This document shows, in pieces, positions 1 through 12,324 of a stretch of 64,000 nucleotides of DNA. The stretch covers positions 992,001-1,056,000 of the forward strand of contig LSRY02000036.1 in the NCBI GenBank assembly GCA_001643675.2. Reading direction: 5' to 3'. The position numbers were made by a program, and so were the translations under genes. Positions within the stretch are counted from its first letter, which is position 1. Every line of letters begins with the position of its first letter. This DNA is from Monocercomonoides exilis PA203 (lineage: Eukaryota > Protista > Preaxostyla). Below the pieces are notes generated by a model that searched no databases, was not told the DNA's origin, and was given only the letters and a program-made list of their open reading frames with translations.

Positions 1-576
1 TAGAGTTAGAACATCTTATTTGTAGTAATTTTGTAACATTTTAAAGCAGATGCTAAATATTAACTTAACGCAAACACACAAACATGGAAATAATATTTAG
101 ATAAACAAAAATATCAAATAATTATTTTCTTACTGATAAAAAAAGAAATCAGAATTCAAAAAATTCAATATTCTTTTAATGTTTTCTTCTTAATAGTTTA
201 AAGATGATCAGTTACATGTTGAAGATGCCTCATTTAAAAAAAAGACAAAACTGTTGAACAAATGTTAGAAACAAGTGTGTCATTAAAACAGAATCTTTCA
301 AACACCAAGTTCCCAATACTCAAGCTAAAACCAACAAATTATTTGAGTTTGTCAGAAAAAGGTTTGATGAAATTTATTTTTAATTTTAATTTTGAAAAAA
401 AAAACATTTCCAACTAAAATAAATAAGCAATACTCAAATTTTTATATTAAAACGGATTTCATCGATTAAATATTAAAATAATTCTATAAATGTACGATAA
501 CAACATGAAAAATACATTTTATTAGTGAAAATAAACACTCAAAAAGCTATATGACACAGAAAATATAAATTGTGAT

Positions 577-3500
577 ATGTTTGATCTGAAAATGATAAAA
601 GTGTTTAATGAGGATATTAGGGTTGGTTGCAACAAGTTTCCTGGTTGTCTAACTTGGGGAATAAATGATTTGGTTTTATATGGTGCAGAAAACAATGTGG
701 CTATTTGTAATATGGCTTTGGTCAAAGTTATTGCACTTCTTTCTGGCCATAATGGACTTGTTACGGGACTTCGATGGATTCCAAATGAATGTTCCGAGAA
801 CAAAAAGTCATTGGGAAAACCTGAATTTGAATTTATTTCGTGCTCTGCTGATCACACGCTTATTTGGTGGAAGTATGATCCTTCAGCAATTTTTGGATGG
901 AAAGCAATGCAAGTTTTGAAAGGCCATGATGATTCAGTTCTAGGATGTGATGTAAGTATGTATTATATATATATTTTTAATTTTAATTTATGCATTTGAT
1001 TTTCGTGAATAATTCTTGATGTGTATCTGTAATTTTTTAATTGTTAAAGTTTCTCTTCAGAATGGCTCCCATATGCTTGCATCATATTCTGCTGATCACA
1101 CTGTTAAGATATGGCTTCGAAAAGACCCAATGCACTGTTGGACTTTGGCACAAACTTTATCTTTTGCACCTCGTGTCATTTGTTCAGTTTCTCTTTTTGC
1201 CTATTCAATCAGTGAACTTGGAGTTCTTCTTGCTTTGGGATCTGTTGATTCTAGAATTCATCTTTTTCATTCGTCCTCGCCAACAGAAGATAACGTAATT
1301 GAGTTTAAGTTTCAATCATTTTTAACAGGACATAAGGATTGGGTAAGATCCGTGAGATTTGCACGAGCTGAAGGTGACCTTGACACTGAAAAAGAAGAAG
1401 ATGAATCTCAAAAGGAAGAAAAAGGTACTATTTAATTTACGTTTTAAATATAATTTATTCATTTATTGTTCATATACAAATGATTGTTGCACAAAACAAT
1501 TTTTTATAATGTATTTTTACACTTCCTTAAATAGATGCTTCACCAAAGACAGATTCGTTGTTATCTTTCAGCGTTTGCTTGGCTTCATGCTCACTTGATT
1601 CAACAGCGCGTGTGTGGAAGATCGGTGTTCCATCGTCTTTGATACCAACAGCACTTGCAAAGCTGTCAGCTTCTCAATCAGCTTCATCTGAGAAACCTCC
1701 TTCAGATTTTCGTCTGCCAACAGGAATTCGTTTTGTTGGTGTGCAACAGGCAACACTCGCTGGACACACAAAGTGGGTGTCTTCTGTTGAATGGGCACAT
1801 CTGTCATCATCATCATCATCTTCTTCTTCTTCTTCTTCTGTTGTTCGTCAGCCGCCTCTTCTGCTCACATCTTCGATGGACTCGATGGTAATGCTCTGGT
1901 CTGCGGATGAGAAAAGCCGCTTGTGGATCAACCAGCGCAACTTTGGATACATTCACGAAAATCTACTGGGATTTGAAGGTTTGCATTAAAAAGATCATTT
2001 ATTTTAACTGTTTATTTGATCAATTATTTGGATGAATGAATTCAATCTTTTCTATTTCAATTTGTAAAACAATATAATTTTCTATTCTTTTATTTCTCTT
2101 TTGTTATCGCAGGGGCTGTGTTCAGTCCGACTAATCGCTCAATTGTTGCACACCGAATGAGTGGGGCACTTTCTCTGTGGACACAACAAGGAGAAATGGA
2201 AGACCCTGTCAAAGCAAAAAGAGAAGGACATTCATCATCATCATCATCATTTTCTTCTTCTTCTTCTTCAGTCAACTCCATCATTTCATCCAGCTGGCAT
2301 CCATTCCCAACACCCACAGGCCATTCTGCTCCTCTGTCTTCCATTGCCTCGTTCCATTCATTTCCCTCTCTCCTCTCGTCAGCCACAGACAAGTCTATTC
2401 GACTCTTTTCATATCGGAAGCTCCTCTATCCAACAGAGCATTGCTCTTTCTATGAGACCAACCGCCCAATGCAGCATGGACACAACGTGGTTGGAGTGTG
2501 TGTCGGAGGAGAAGGGGTGCTTGATGAGGGCATCAGAGAAGGAGAAGAAGGAGGAGAAGAAGGAGGAGAAGGAGAAGGAGAGGAGAGAGAAGAGGACATG
2601 AGACGTGGAAAGGAATGCTGTCTCGATGGGAAGTGTGGATGCTGTTCAAATGAAGGAATATCATCATCACCATCATCGTCTTCATCATCATCTTCTTCTC
2701 AGAGCTATCTTCCTCTTTCATTCGTTGTTGCGTCTGAAGAAAAGCCGCTTAGAATTTTGGAGGCGCCAAAGTTGTTCTATTCCCTCTCGTCTGCTGAATG
2801 CACTTTGCCATCCAATCAGAAAGAAAGCGAAGTGAAGACAGAATCATCTGCAACAGACACAGAAACACCATTGGCCTTTCCCATTTGCAGTTCAATCAAA
2901 CGCTTCTCGACAGCATCACGTGCTGAGGCATCTACACAGAGGCTGTCAAATATACCTGTCTATGACAGTGTGGGAGAAGAAGAGGAAGGAAAGAAAGACG
3001 ATGCAAAAGATAGTGATGGAAAGAATGGAATAAACAGTAGGACAGAAGTATCAGCTCAGATAAAAGCAAAATTGGATCAGATTGGCTTTGAAATGAATGA
3101 AGAAAGCGGAGAAAAGAAAAATAAGCAGAAAGAAGAGAAGAAAGAAGGAGCAAAACAAGCAAAAAATGCCAGTGGCAGCACAGCCAGTCAGAAGGCAGAT
3201 GATGGGAATGATCCAGATGGTGAGGAAGAGCTGGATGGAGAAAGAGAAGACGAAGAAGAGGAAAAGAGGAAAGAAGAAGGAAGGAAGAAATTGCTTGTTC
3301 AGACACTTCAAATGAATGTGCCTGCGCTGATTGAGAGTGAAATTGCATGTGGAATGAGAAGAGGGAAAGAAGAAGACGAGAAAGAAAAAGAAGAGTGTTG
3401 CTCTGACAACAGCAATTGTTCAGTTACTCTTCCACCACTTCCATTGGAAGAGACACTTCTTCATTCAACACTCTGGGTGGAGCAGAATCAGCTCTTTGGA

Positions 3501-5897
3501 CATCCAACAGAAGCATCGTGCGTGTGCTGCTCAGAAAACACAAATGAGACAGAGACAAATGAAACAGCAGGAAGAAGAGAAAGAGAACAGAAAGAATGTT
3601 CAAAAGATGGATGTGCTACAAAGAGAGGGGCGTGTGTGAATGAAGATGGCAGGTGTGTGTGTGGAGGTGTGCACAGCAACAAAGCATTGAATCGTGTCCA
3701 TTCGACTCTGATGATGCAGAGACTGTTCAGCAGCATTCAGCAGAAAATGAATGAAAATGGACATTCTGAAAAGATCTGCACTCGCTCTCTTTTGGCTCCT
3801 GCTATGCGCTTCTTGCCAAATTCTCATCTTTTCTCAAGCAATCCATTCTTTTCTTCATCATTTTCGTCTTCTGCATTCTCTTCTTCTTCCACTTCCTCAT
3901 TCTCCTCTTCTTCTTCTGCCATTCTCCCTCATCTTCCTCTGATTGCGTCGGGTGCAGTGTCCACATGCAGCAAAGGAGGTGTCATCACCATTTGGGCTGC
4001 CATCTCTCCAAAAATGAGTTCTGTTCGGATGCCTTCTGCCTCGTCTCGTCTGTCTTCTCTGGCCTCCTTCAGAAACATGACTGGAATGAATTCTTCTTCT
4101 TCATCTTCACCTTCATCATCCTCCTCATCATCTCCATCATCATCCCATTCAGCAGGTGCTCAGCCCAAAAAGTGGATGCGCATCTTTTGTGGCAGAGTGC
4201 ATGAAGAGTCAGTTGCATCGGTCACATTCAGCCATTGGGGCATTGAGAAGTTGAGCACTTCAGAAGAAGAGGACGAGATGGGAGAGAAGAGAAACGCAGA
4301 AGAAGAAGATGAAGAGGAGAAGCAGAGAGAAAAAGAAAGAAAAGAGATTGAAGAGATTGAAAGAAGAATTCAACAAAAAGAACGAAGTCATCAAAACGAA
4401 GCGAATGTTAATTCATCTGCAACAACAGCACAAACACCACATGTTATTGAACAACCATCCATTCTTCCTCCCACCTCAGTTTCATCTTCTTCCTCTCCTT
4501 CCCCATCATCTGCCTTATCTACTTCTTCTCCTTCCTCTTCTCCCTCTTCCATAACCACTCCGTCTCCTCTGATATGGCTGATCAGCACATCGACCGACGG
4601 CACTGTCTGCTTCTCTCTCTTTTCCTATTCTCTTTCCTCCTCAGGCACTCAACTCCGCCCTTCTCCTTTTGCTTCCTTCTCTTCTTTCTCCGCCTTCTCC
4701 TCCCGCACCTCTTTTGCTCCTCTTTCTTCCCTTCGCATTGGAGTGCCCACTTTGCAGTGTGTCTTTGAGACATCAAACTTCAGCCCTCTTTCGATCAAAC
4801 CGACCGTCCCGTCGCCTCCGACAACTGCGCCCATTCAGTCGAGGCGGTTGGACGAGCATGTGAGAGAGATGAATGAGAAGGCACAGAAGCAGAAAGCAGC
4901 CAGGTGCTGCGTTTGGGTGAGGATGGAGAGAGAAGAAGGAGAAGGAGAAGGAGGAAATGATGATAAATGCACTCAGAAGGGTTCATCTTCACAGAACGAA
5001 AAGAAGACAAGCAGAAAGAAGATTGACTTGGGATTTGCAGTTGTTGGGACAGACGAGGGAGATCTGATTGTGTGGCAGTGTGACATGAATCCAGAGATGG
5101 AGAAGTGTATCGCAAGAGAAGACACAGAAAGTGGAGAAGAGAACAAGAAAACAGATCCATTTTCTCAGAAGAAGATAACAACGTCTGCGAAGACTGAGAC
5201 AGTCCCTGTGGAGTTCAGAGGCATCTTCCACTTCGACAACAGCACTTTGGTTGATGTGTCTTCTTCAAAGGCATCTCGCTCACTTCAAGCTTCTTCCTCT
5301 TCCTCTTCTTCTCTTCAACCATCTCACATTGATCCCATCACTTCGATAGCTTCTCTGCCTGTCTCCTCCACAACTGTGCTACTGGCTGTGGGAACAAAAA
5401 GTGGAAGAGTCCGATTTGTTTCAATGAGTGCAGCAGAATTAGACTCTTCTGTGGAATCAGCAGCTCATTCTTCTCTTTCCCACCCGATGGCCATCCAAAT
5501 GAATGAAGAGCAGACTGAAATGGATTCAAATGCATTGTCTCTTCTGCCTTCTTCATTCCATTCACAAAGCTTCACAGAAAACATCCCCCAAACACAGCAG
5601 AGTGCCATTCAAACAGAAGCACATTCAACATTCTATCCTTCTTCCACAGTCACTTCTTTGTCATTCTTTTTCTTGAACTCTGTCTGCCGATGCCGCAACA
5701 GGAGAGACAGACAACACTGCCCTGTCTGTTTGATGTCTTCCAATGGCAAAGGAGAAGAGATGTGCAAATGCACTTCAGAGAAATGCAATTGCGAGAAGGA
5801 AAAAGATGCAAAAGAATCAGAAAGAAGCGATGTGATGTTGGCTGCTGCTTCGACAGACCATTCTCTCAGAGTTTATTCAGTTAACATTTTGAATTAA
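577..5897 (+). CDS. ELP2: Elongator complex protein 2 (WD40 double beta-propeller), about 4 exons, with large S/E-rich insertions
   Basis: ORFs 577-999, 1016-1435, 1558-1989 and 2118-5897 can be joined by GT..AG introns. WD40 motifs (LTGHKDWVRSV, LASCSLDSTARVW, LAGHTKWVSSVEW) plus ELP2-like motifs YETNRPMQHGHNV, SEEKPLRILEAP and PLEETLLHSTLWVEQNQLFGHPTE. Start may be 577 or 592. Confidence 0.88.
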
Positions 5898-6184
5898 AGC
5901 GAAAGGGACTTTTTTTGAAATGAAAAGAATAAAAAGAATTTATTTTTATTTTATCATTTTTATAAACACTTTTTAATTTTTTTTTTAATTTTTCATTTGA
6001 AAAATGAAACAAAAGTATTCTTTTTGAACCAAACTTTTATTGTTTACTGTTTCAACCTAATTAAACTTAAAATCAGAATATTATCATTTTTATTCATTTT
6101 TAAAATAAACTCAAATAAACACCATTAGCAAACAAAACTTAAACAAAAAATAAAAAAGACAACCACAGAACTCCAACCTCATCC

Positions 6185-9100
6185 TCAGAGCAGCCACATT
6201 CCGTGCTTCTCCTTCATCTTCTGCTTCAGCCCCATCGTCTCCATCTTCTTCAGCCCGCCCGACGCCTCGTTGGCCATAAACATGGTGTATGTGTCCTGCC
6301 CTCTGATAGACCGCATTTCAGTCACAGAGACGAACTTTCTGCTGGCGCGTGGGGGACGAGCGAGGACGACCTCAGTGATGTTTGGATAAAGCATTCGGAG
6401 GGAGTGGATGAAGAGGATGTTGGATGTGAAGGACATCGGAGAGGATGAGGGCGGGTTGATGCTGGATGCGTTGGCAGAGGAAGAGGAAGAGGAAGAAGAG
6501 GAAGAAGAGGATGAAGGAGATGTCTGAGATATGAAAGAGGTGGGTGAGAAGAGGAAAGAAGTGGATGCAGACAGAAGTGGTGAGACCATTGAGCGAAATG
6601 ACGAGGAAGAAGAAGAAGGAAGAGAAGAAGAGGAGGAAGGGGAAGTGGATTGTGAAGGGGCAGAGGAAGAGGATGAGACAGACAATGGAGAAGGAACAAT
6701 CGAAGCAGAAGAAGAGGATGAGGAGGAAGAGGAAGAAGAAGCATTCTCAGAAGAAGAAGAAGACGAGGAAGAGGAAGAGATCTGACCAGAGTCTCCAGTG
6801 AGGAGGGAAGAGAATGGATATCCCTCAGCAAAGCCGTCGAGGTTGTCGTATCTGAACACATCTGCCAGCTGCTCCTTGCAAAGTGTGCCGTCTTCGTCGA
6901 GAGGGGCGTTGTGGAAGATGCAGTTGGGAATGGAGTGCACCATCTGGTTGAGCATGCCGGATGAGTAGATGAGGCTGTTGGTGGCAGCAGGGGCTGTCGG
7001 AATGGTCTCCTGCAGAACACGCGCCTGTTCATACCGCTCGGCCATCTTTGCCAGCTTCTCCTGTCTTCTCTGCTGAATACGCTCTGCCCTCTGCTGTCTG
7101 CTCTCTGCTTTGGATTGGCGTGTTTGTGGAGTTTCGAGTGTGGATGGCTGAAACGATGAAGAAGATGCTTCTTTGTCTTCTTGTTTTGTGTCTATGGCAA
7201 TAGATGCATCTGATTTATGAGAAGAGTCAACTGCATCTTCAGATACAACAATTGAACTACTTACAGAAGAAGAAGAAGAAGAAAGAGAAGCATCGATTGA
7301 AGATGCAGTCTCAGCTGTTGTGTTGTCATTCTCTTTGGATGTCTCAGATGAATCTGTTGAAGTGTCTGCTTCCTCTTTCATTGATGGCGTCAACTCTTTC
7401 GGAACATCCTTTTCAACTTCTTCTGTTTTCGGTTCTGTCTCTTCTTTTTGTTGCTTATCTGCCAAATGCAAATTATCATCTTTCTCTTTCTCTTCTTCTT
7501 CTTCTGTTTTCTCATTCGATGTCTCTTCATTTCCCTCTGCTCCAAGTACAGATGGTTCAACATGTTCATCTTTGTTGCTTTTCTCTTGCTGTTCCTCCTT
7601 TTCACTCGCATTTCCCTCCTTTTGTGTCTCTTCTGCTTCATTCTCCTTGTATTCTGGTGGCGGCTGTTCAGATTCGCCTTCTTCAGACTTCTTTTCATTG
7701 CTTTCTTTTAAGTCAGAAGTTGGCTGTAAGTAAAATGGCAGCTCTTCTTGTTCATCCTTCTTCTTCTTCTTCTCTTCTCCTTCCTCCTCTCCTTCTTTTG
7801 TTTCGTCTCTTTCTCCTTCCTCCTCTTCTTCCTCTTCCTCCTCCTCTTCTTCTTCTTCATTCCACATCGGTACATAAACCGTCTCGGCATCTTCTGGATG
7901 GAGTCTTCGTGCCTCGCAGAAGTCGATCACATCTTCCACCCCTTTCATCTCACACTCAGGAACAGACACAACACCTGCTGTGGCAAAGTCCACAGCAGAC
8001 AGAAGAGAATGGATGCGATGCAGCAGATGCGTCAGAGGTGTGTCCACACTGTCAAACTGCATGTCATATCAAAACATGTCATTTATTAATTAATTTTAAA
8101 AAGAGAGAAATAAAATACAATAAATTGAGCATAACATATAAATAAATGAAAGATAATAAGATATTTCAGAATAAAAATTTAGTTTTAATTGCAAATATGA
8201 AACAGAAATAGAAAACATGTCAGTTTTGAAGCGTCATCATACAATTTGAGTGCAGAGCTCTTCGTTGAACTCGTCTGGTCTGCTGGCAACAACAAAGCAC
8301 AATGTTATGCTGCCAATTGAATGAAACACCATCACACGCGACGATCGTGTCTGTGGAGTATCTTCTTCCTCCTCCTCTTTTTCTTCTTCCTCTTCTTCCT
8401 CTTCTTCTTCCTCTTCTTCCTCATCTTCATCTTCATCTTCTTCATCCTCCTCGTCTTCTTCGTCCTCCTCTTCATAACCACTGTTTGCGATATTACTTCC
8501 CTCCTCTTTAGCTTCATTTTCAGCCAGTTTATTTTCTTGACTGCTTTTATCTTTCTTTCCTGAATGTTGCTCACTTTTTTTACCTGCCTCTTTTTCTCCT
8601 TTGCCTTCCAAAGAGCTGCCATTCTCATCTCTGTCTGCTTCTTCCTCTGCTTCCTCGTCTGTTTCCTGATCATCGTCCTCTTTATCCTCTTCGTCGTCTC
8701 CTTCAAATCTTGCCTTTGCAATCTGTGCAACAAACTTCTTTTTCTCCTTCTCTCTCATTTCCTCGTCGTAACACTGTGTCCAGCTGTGGGCAGACGGCGA
8801 CAGCATGCGCCGAGAGAATTCTTTGACCAGTTCTGTTTCGAGAGAAAGGGGAAGAAAGACTTCTGTGCACTCGTTGTGCTGTGTGGTGGGCAGGCTTGTC
8901 AGTGACACTGGGAAAGAGGAAGAAGAGGAAGAGGAAGAAGATGATAATGGAATAGAAGAAGCAGAAGAAGATGAGAAGGAAGATGGCGATGATGATAAAA
9001 GAGAAGGACGGTCAGTTGAATGAGGACGTGAAGCGTTTGATGGATCTTCTGCAATCTTCTTCTTGTTGCTTTCGTCGTTTGATTCTGAACTTCTCTCATT

Positions 9101-10023
9101 TTCTGCAATGGATGTTTGCATTGCCTGACTTCGCAGCAATGAATAGCACGACGTCACTTTCTCTGTTGCTGCTAAAAACCGTTGTGCAACATCCGAGCCT
9201 TTTGACTGTGCATATGGCAAATAAGTGTTCTGCTGCAAATACAACTTTGCAAGATCAACCTTTTCCTTTTCTCTTCCCATTGACAAATGCATCATTATTA
9301 ATCTTGTCAGTTCAGTTGGGAGATGTGTGCAAACAACGCTAAGACCGTACGCAATCAATCCACCGTAAATCGGCAGATCGCGAGACATTTCCACTTTATC
9401 GAGAATCTGAGATGCATCAATGAAATATCTTTTTCCTTTCTAAAGGAAATTTATTTCAATAATTGAGAATAAAAAGAAAGATTGAAAAATGAAATTAATG
9501 CATATTAAATTGCAAATCAATGACATACCAAAGGAAGAGGACAATATGGAACGGGATGAAGAGTTTGAGTTAATGGATCAGGATAAACAAAAAATAAGAG
9601 AGTCAGTAGCTTTGTACCGATTTCCCTCATATAATATTTGAAAGCATCATTATCATCTCCGCATGCTTCCTTAATGTCGGGAATTGAACAATAAAACATG
9701 TGAAAATAATCAAGCATTAAAGAAAGTGATTCTTTAACAACACAATCAGGAGTAAGCAAATCAGCTCCTAAAATGAAAAAAACTCCATCAATAACACGAA
9801 TTGCTATTTTCATTTTTGTTGTTGTTATGAATGTTGGTTTCCCAGTGTGCAAATATTCTCTAATAGTTGTCATGGTAAAAATAAAATCTACTCGAAGTAA
9901 AGCCTTGTCTTCGTCTTGCATATCAGTGGAGGGATCGCTATAATGAAAAAATAATTCTGTGTGAACACGCTCATTTGCTCCTTTTGGAGGGGGAGTGAAA
10001 ATAGCAAGATACAAAGGCTTCAT
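6185..10023 (-). CDS. HPS4: HPS4-like tri-longin protein (BLOC-3 subunit; CCZ1/HPS4/INTU family), 3 exons
   Basis: N-terminal longin segment KPTFITTTKMKIAIRVIDGVFFILGADLLTPDCVVKESLSLMLDYFHMFY and second-longin segment GGLIAYGLSVVCTHLPTELT resemble HPS4. The C-terminus KQKMKEKHGMWLL resembles the HPS4 end KQKLLKHGVNLL (recalled, not searched). ORFs 9517-10023, 8237-9394 and 6185-8062. Confidence 0.72.
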
Positions 10024-10111
10024 TTGTTTTGTTAAGGTTATAATACCATAATAAAATAAAGAATAATCGTATTTTTGTAATTTAATTGTTTAATTTTTGC
10101 AAACATCTACA

Positions 10112-10671
10112 ATGTCCAGACAAAATTCATATGAAGTTATTTGTAAAGAAATGAGTGGACTTATAACCGAGTATATGAATGAAAAACAGAAAATAGAGTA
10201 CATTCGAAATCCAACATGGAAATCATTTGATTTATTTGAAAATTTGCAAAACCTAACAATTGATCGACTTGAAAATAATATGAAGAAGCTGTGGGAAGAA
10301 ATTATTTCGGAATCCAAAAATCTGGTATTAGTTTTTCTTTTGATTATCGAAATTCAATTCATTATTTTCAGGAGCAAGCATATCAGCGATTACTGGTTCA
10401 ACACAAAAAAGAAGACGGTTTTTCAAAAAAAAAAAAAAAATTAGTTGTTTTTACTGTATTTTATTATTTTGTTTTTCACAACTATTTCACAAGATTGGAG
10501 ACAAAATCTTATAAATGATCATGAAATGAGGAATCTAATTCTATCGGATCTCAAAGAGTGCTCCGATGCGGATGTATGATTCCTATCATCTTTCTTTTCC
10601 ATAAATATTTCTTTCAGATTTTAACGGTATATTTGGCATCATGGACTCTCAGTCCATACTTTCCTTTGTGA
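10112..10671 (+). CDS. Small 4-exon helical protein, CINP (CDK2-interacting protein)-like
   Basis: Phase-consistent splicing by eye (introns about 10325-10371, 10418-10493, 10574-10617) gives a C-terminus LILSDLKECSDADILTVYLASWTLSPYFPL*, resembling the CINP C-terminal YLxxWxxxPY motif. Confidence 0.5.
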
Positions 10672-10753
10672 AAGCATAACGGAACGGGTCAGGCTCATGT
10701 AAATACTTTCAGAGAAACAAAGTTATCAATAAATACTCTACGCATTCCTGATA

Positions 10754-12151
10754 TCATCCTTTGATACCGCGAAGAACTTCACGACATTGGATCCAGTGCC
10801 ATTCTTTTTCTTCAGACTTCATTGAATCTTCTGCCAACTCTATAATCTTAAAAGATAAGAGAAGAGCAGGAGAAGTCGCTGCGCTTATGGACGAAGACGG
10901 AGCATAAGAAGAACTTGAAGAAATTTCAGGCTCTTTTCCGCAAAAGTACATCACAAGACTTTCGCCTTTCTTCTTCTCTCTTATTGGCTTTTGGATTTTT
11001 TCTCTTCTTGCTGGAGTTGCTTGATATTCATGATAAGACAATTCGTGTTCCTCTAAAAACTCATTCTCGCTAACTTCACTTGGCGCTTTGGATTCTTCTT
11101 CGCATTTTTCTTCTCCGTCTTCATTTTTATCTTCTTCGACACTCAATGATGTCTTTGCTAAATGCTTGGCTTTGATTGCATCATTATCATCCAACTTTTT
11201 GATTTGCTTTGCTCTTTCTTTCATTCTGTTGATCATAGCCTTCGTTCCTCCTTTTTCATCAGATTTTTTCTTCCTACTTTCATTCTGCGAGGTTGTGTGC
11301 AATGAGCATAATTCGGGATTGGATTGCTTCGAAAATTGAGTCTGTGACGCTGGATGAACAGCTGGTCGAAGAAGGCACTTTTTATCAAAAAATGTGAAAT
11401 ACTTCACAAAGAAATTTGAAGGTATCTCTCGCTTGGCAGAGCACAGTGCAAGAAGGTACATTTTTGTGACTTCTGAAATTTTTAATAGATATTTATATTT
11501 TTAAATTATTTGCTTCACAAAACAAATTTTCATTCAAACTCGCTGTGGTTGGTAAAGATGTTGTTGCCTGAATCAAAAATAAAAGTGTTCTTCGTATACA
11601 ATCCGAAATCTGCCCTTTTGTTGGTTTTTCTGTTGAATAACTTTGAAAAAAGAAAATTGTGAAGAATCAAAATTATTGATGGCAAACTTTTGTTGAAAAA
11701 TAAATGTAAATCTTTCTCTAATTGTCATAATGCTTGGACCAAAACATAAAGCAACACAAGGAATTTGCTGGGACACATCGTTTTGTTTTGTTTGATCAAC
11801 ACCAAAAAGTGAATCAATCGAAGAAAGCATTGAAGAAATGCTCTCGAGAAACTGCAATTAGAAAAATGTTATTACACAAAAAACAAAAAATAAAATAAAA
11901 CCTTATTGTATTGTCTCAGTTTATGTGAAGTTCTGGAAAATAAATTCTAAAGAAAAATGAGATTTTTCAAAAAGAAAATAATCAATTTTCTTTATTCAAA
12001 CTAATTGTTTCTTCATTTCTTCAACAGGTGAAGGAATTTGTTGTCTAATGAACAATAGATTTAATAAGCATTCTTTTAGAATAGCAGCGCATATATCATG
12101 AGAAAGTGGAATCTTAAAATGAATAGGTAAATCAATTGTAAGATTTTCCAT
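10754..12151 (-). CDS. MAD2L1BP: p31comet / MAD2L1-binding protein (HORMA domain), multi-exon
   Basis: Exon 1, not in the ORF track, reads MENLTIDLPIHFKIPLSHDICAAILKECLLNLLFIRQQIPSPVEEMKKQL (p31comet RQQxPxP motif). An internal VALCFGPSIMTIRERF and the C-terminal WHWIQCREVLRG match the p31comet pattern. Confidence 0.72.
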
Positions 12152-12324
12152 TTGAATTTTTTTTTTCTGTATTCAAGTGTTCGATTTAATTTAATGTATG
12201 AAATGCGGGAATTATTTTATGTAACTTTCAAATTAGCACACAAATTACAAATAATAACACAACGATCCCAATAATCAATAATTTTATTTAAAATATTAGG
12301 GGTACAAAATTTAACAATTTTAAG

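Noticed and set aside
7204-8145. Long antisense/alternative-frame ORFs over low-complexity genes (also 6322-7032, 36444-37256 and others)
   Set aside because: Shadow frames of GAA/TCT-rich coding sequence with no domain-like content.
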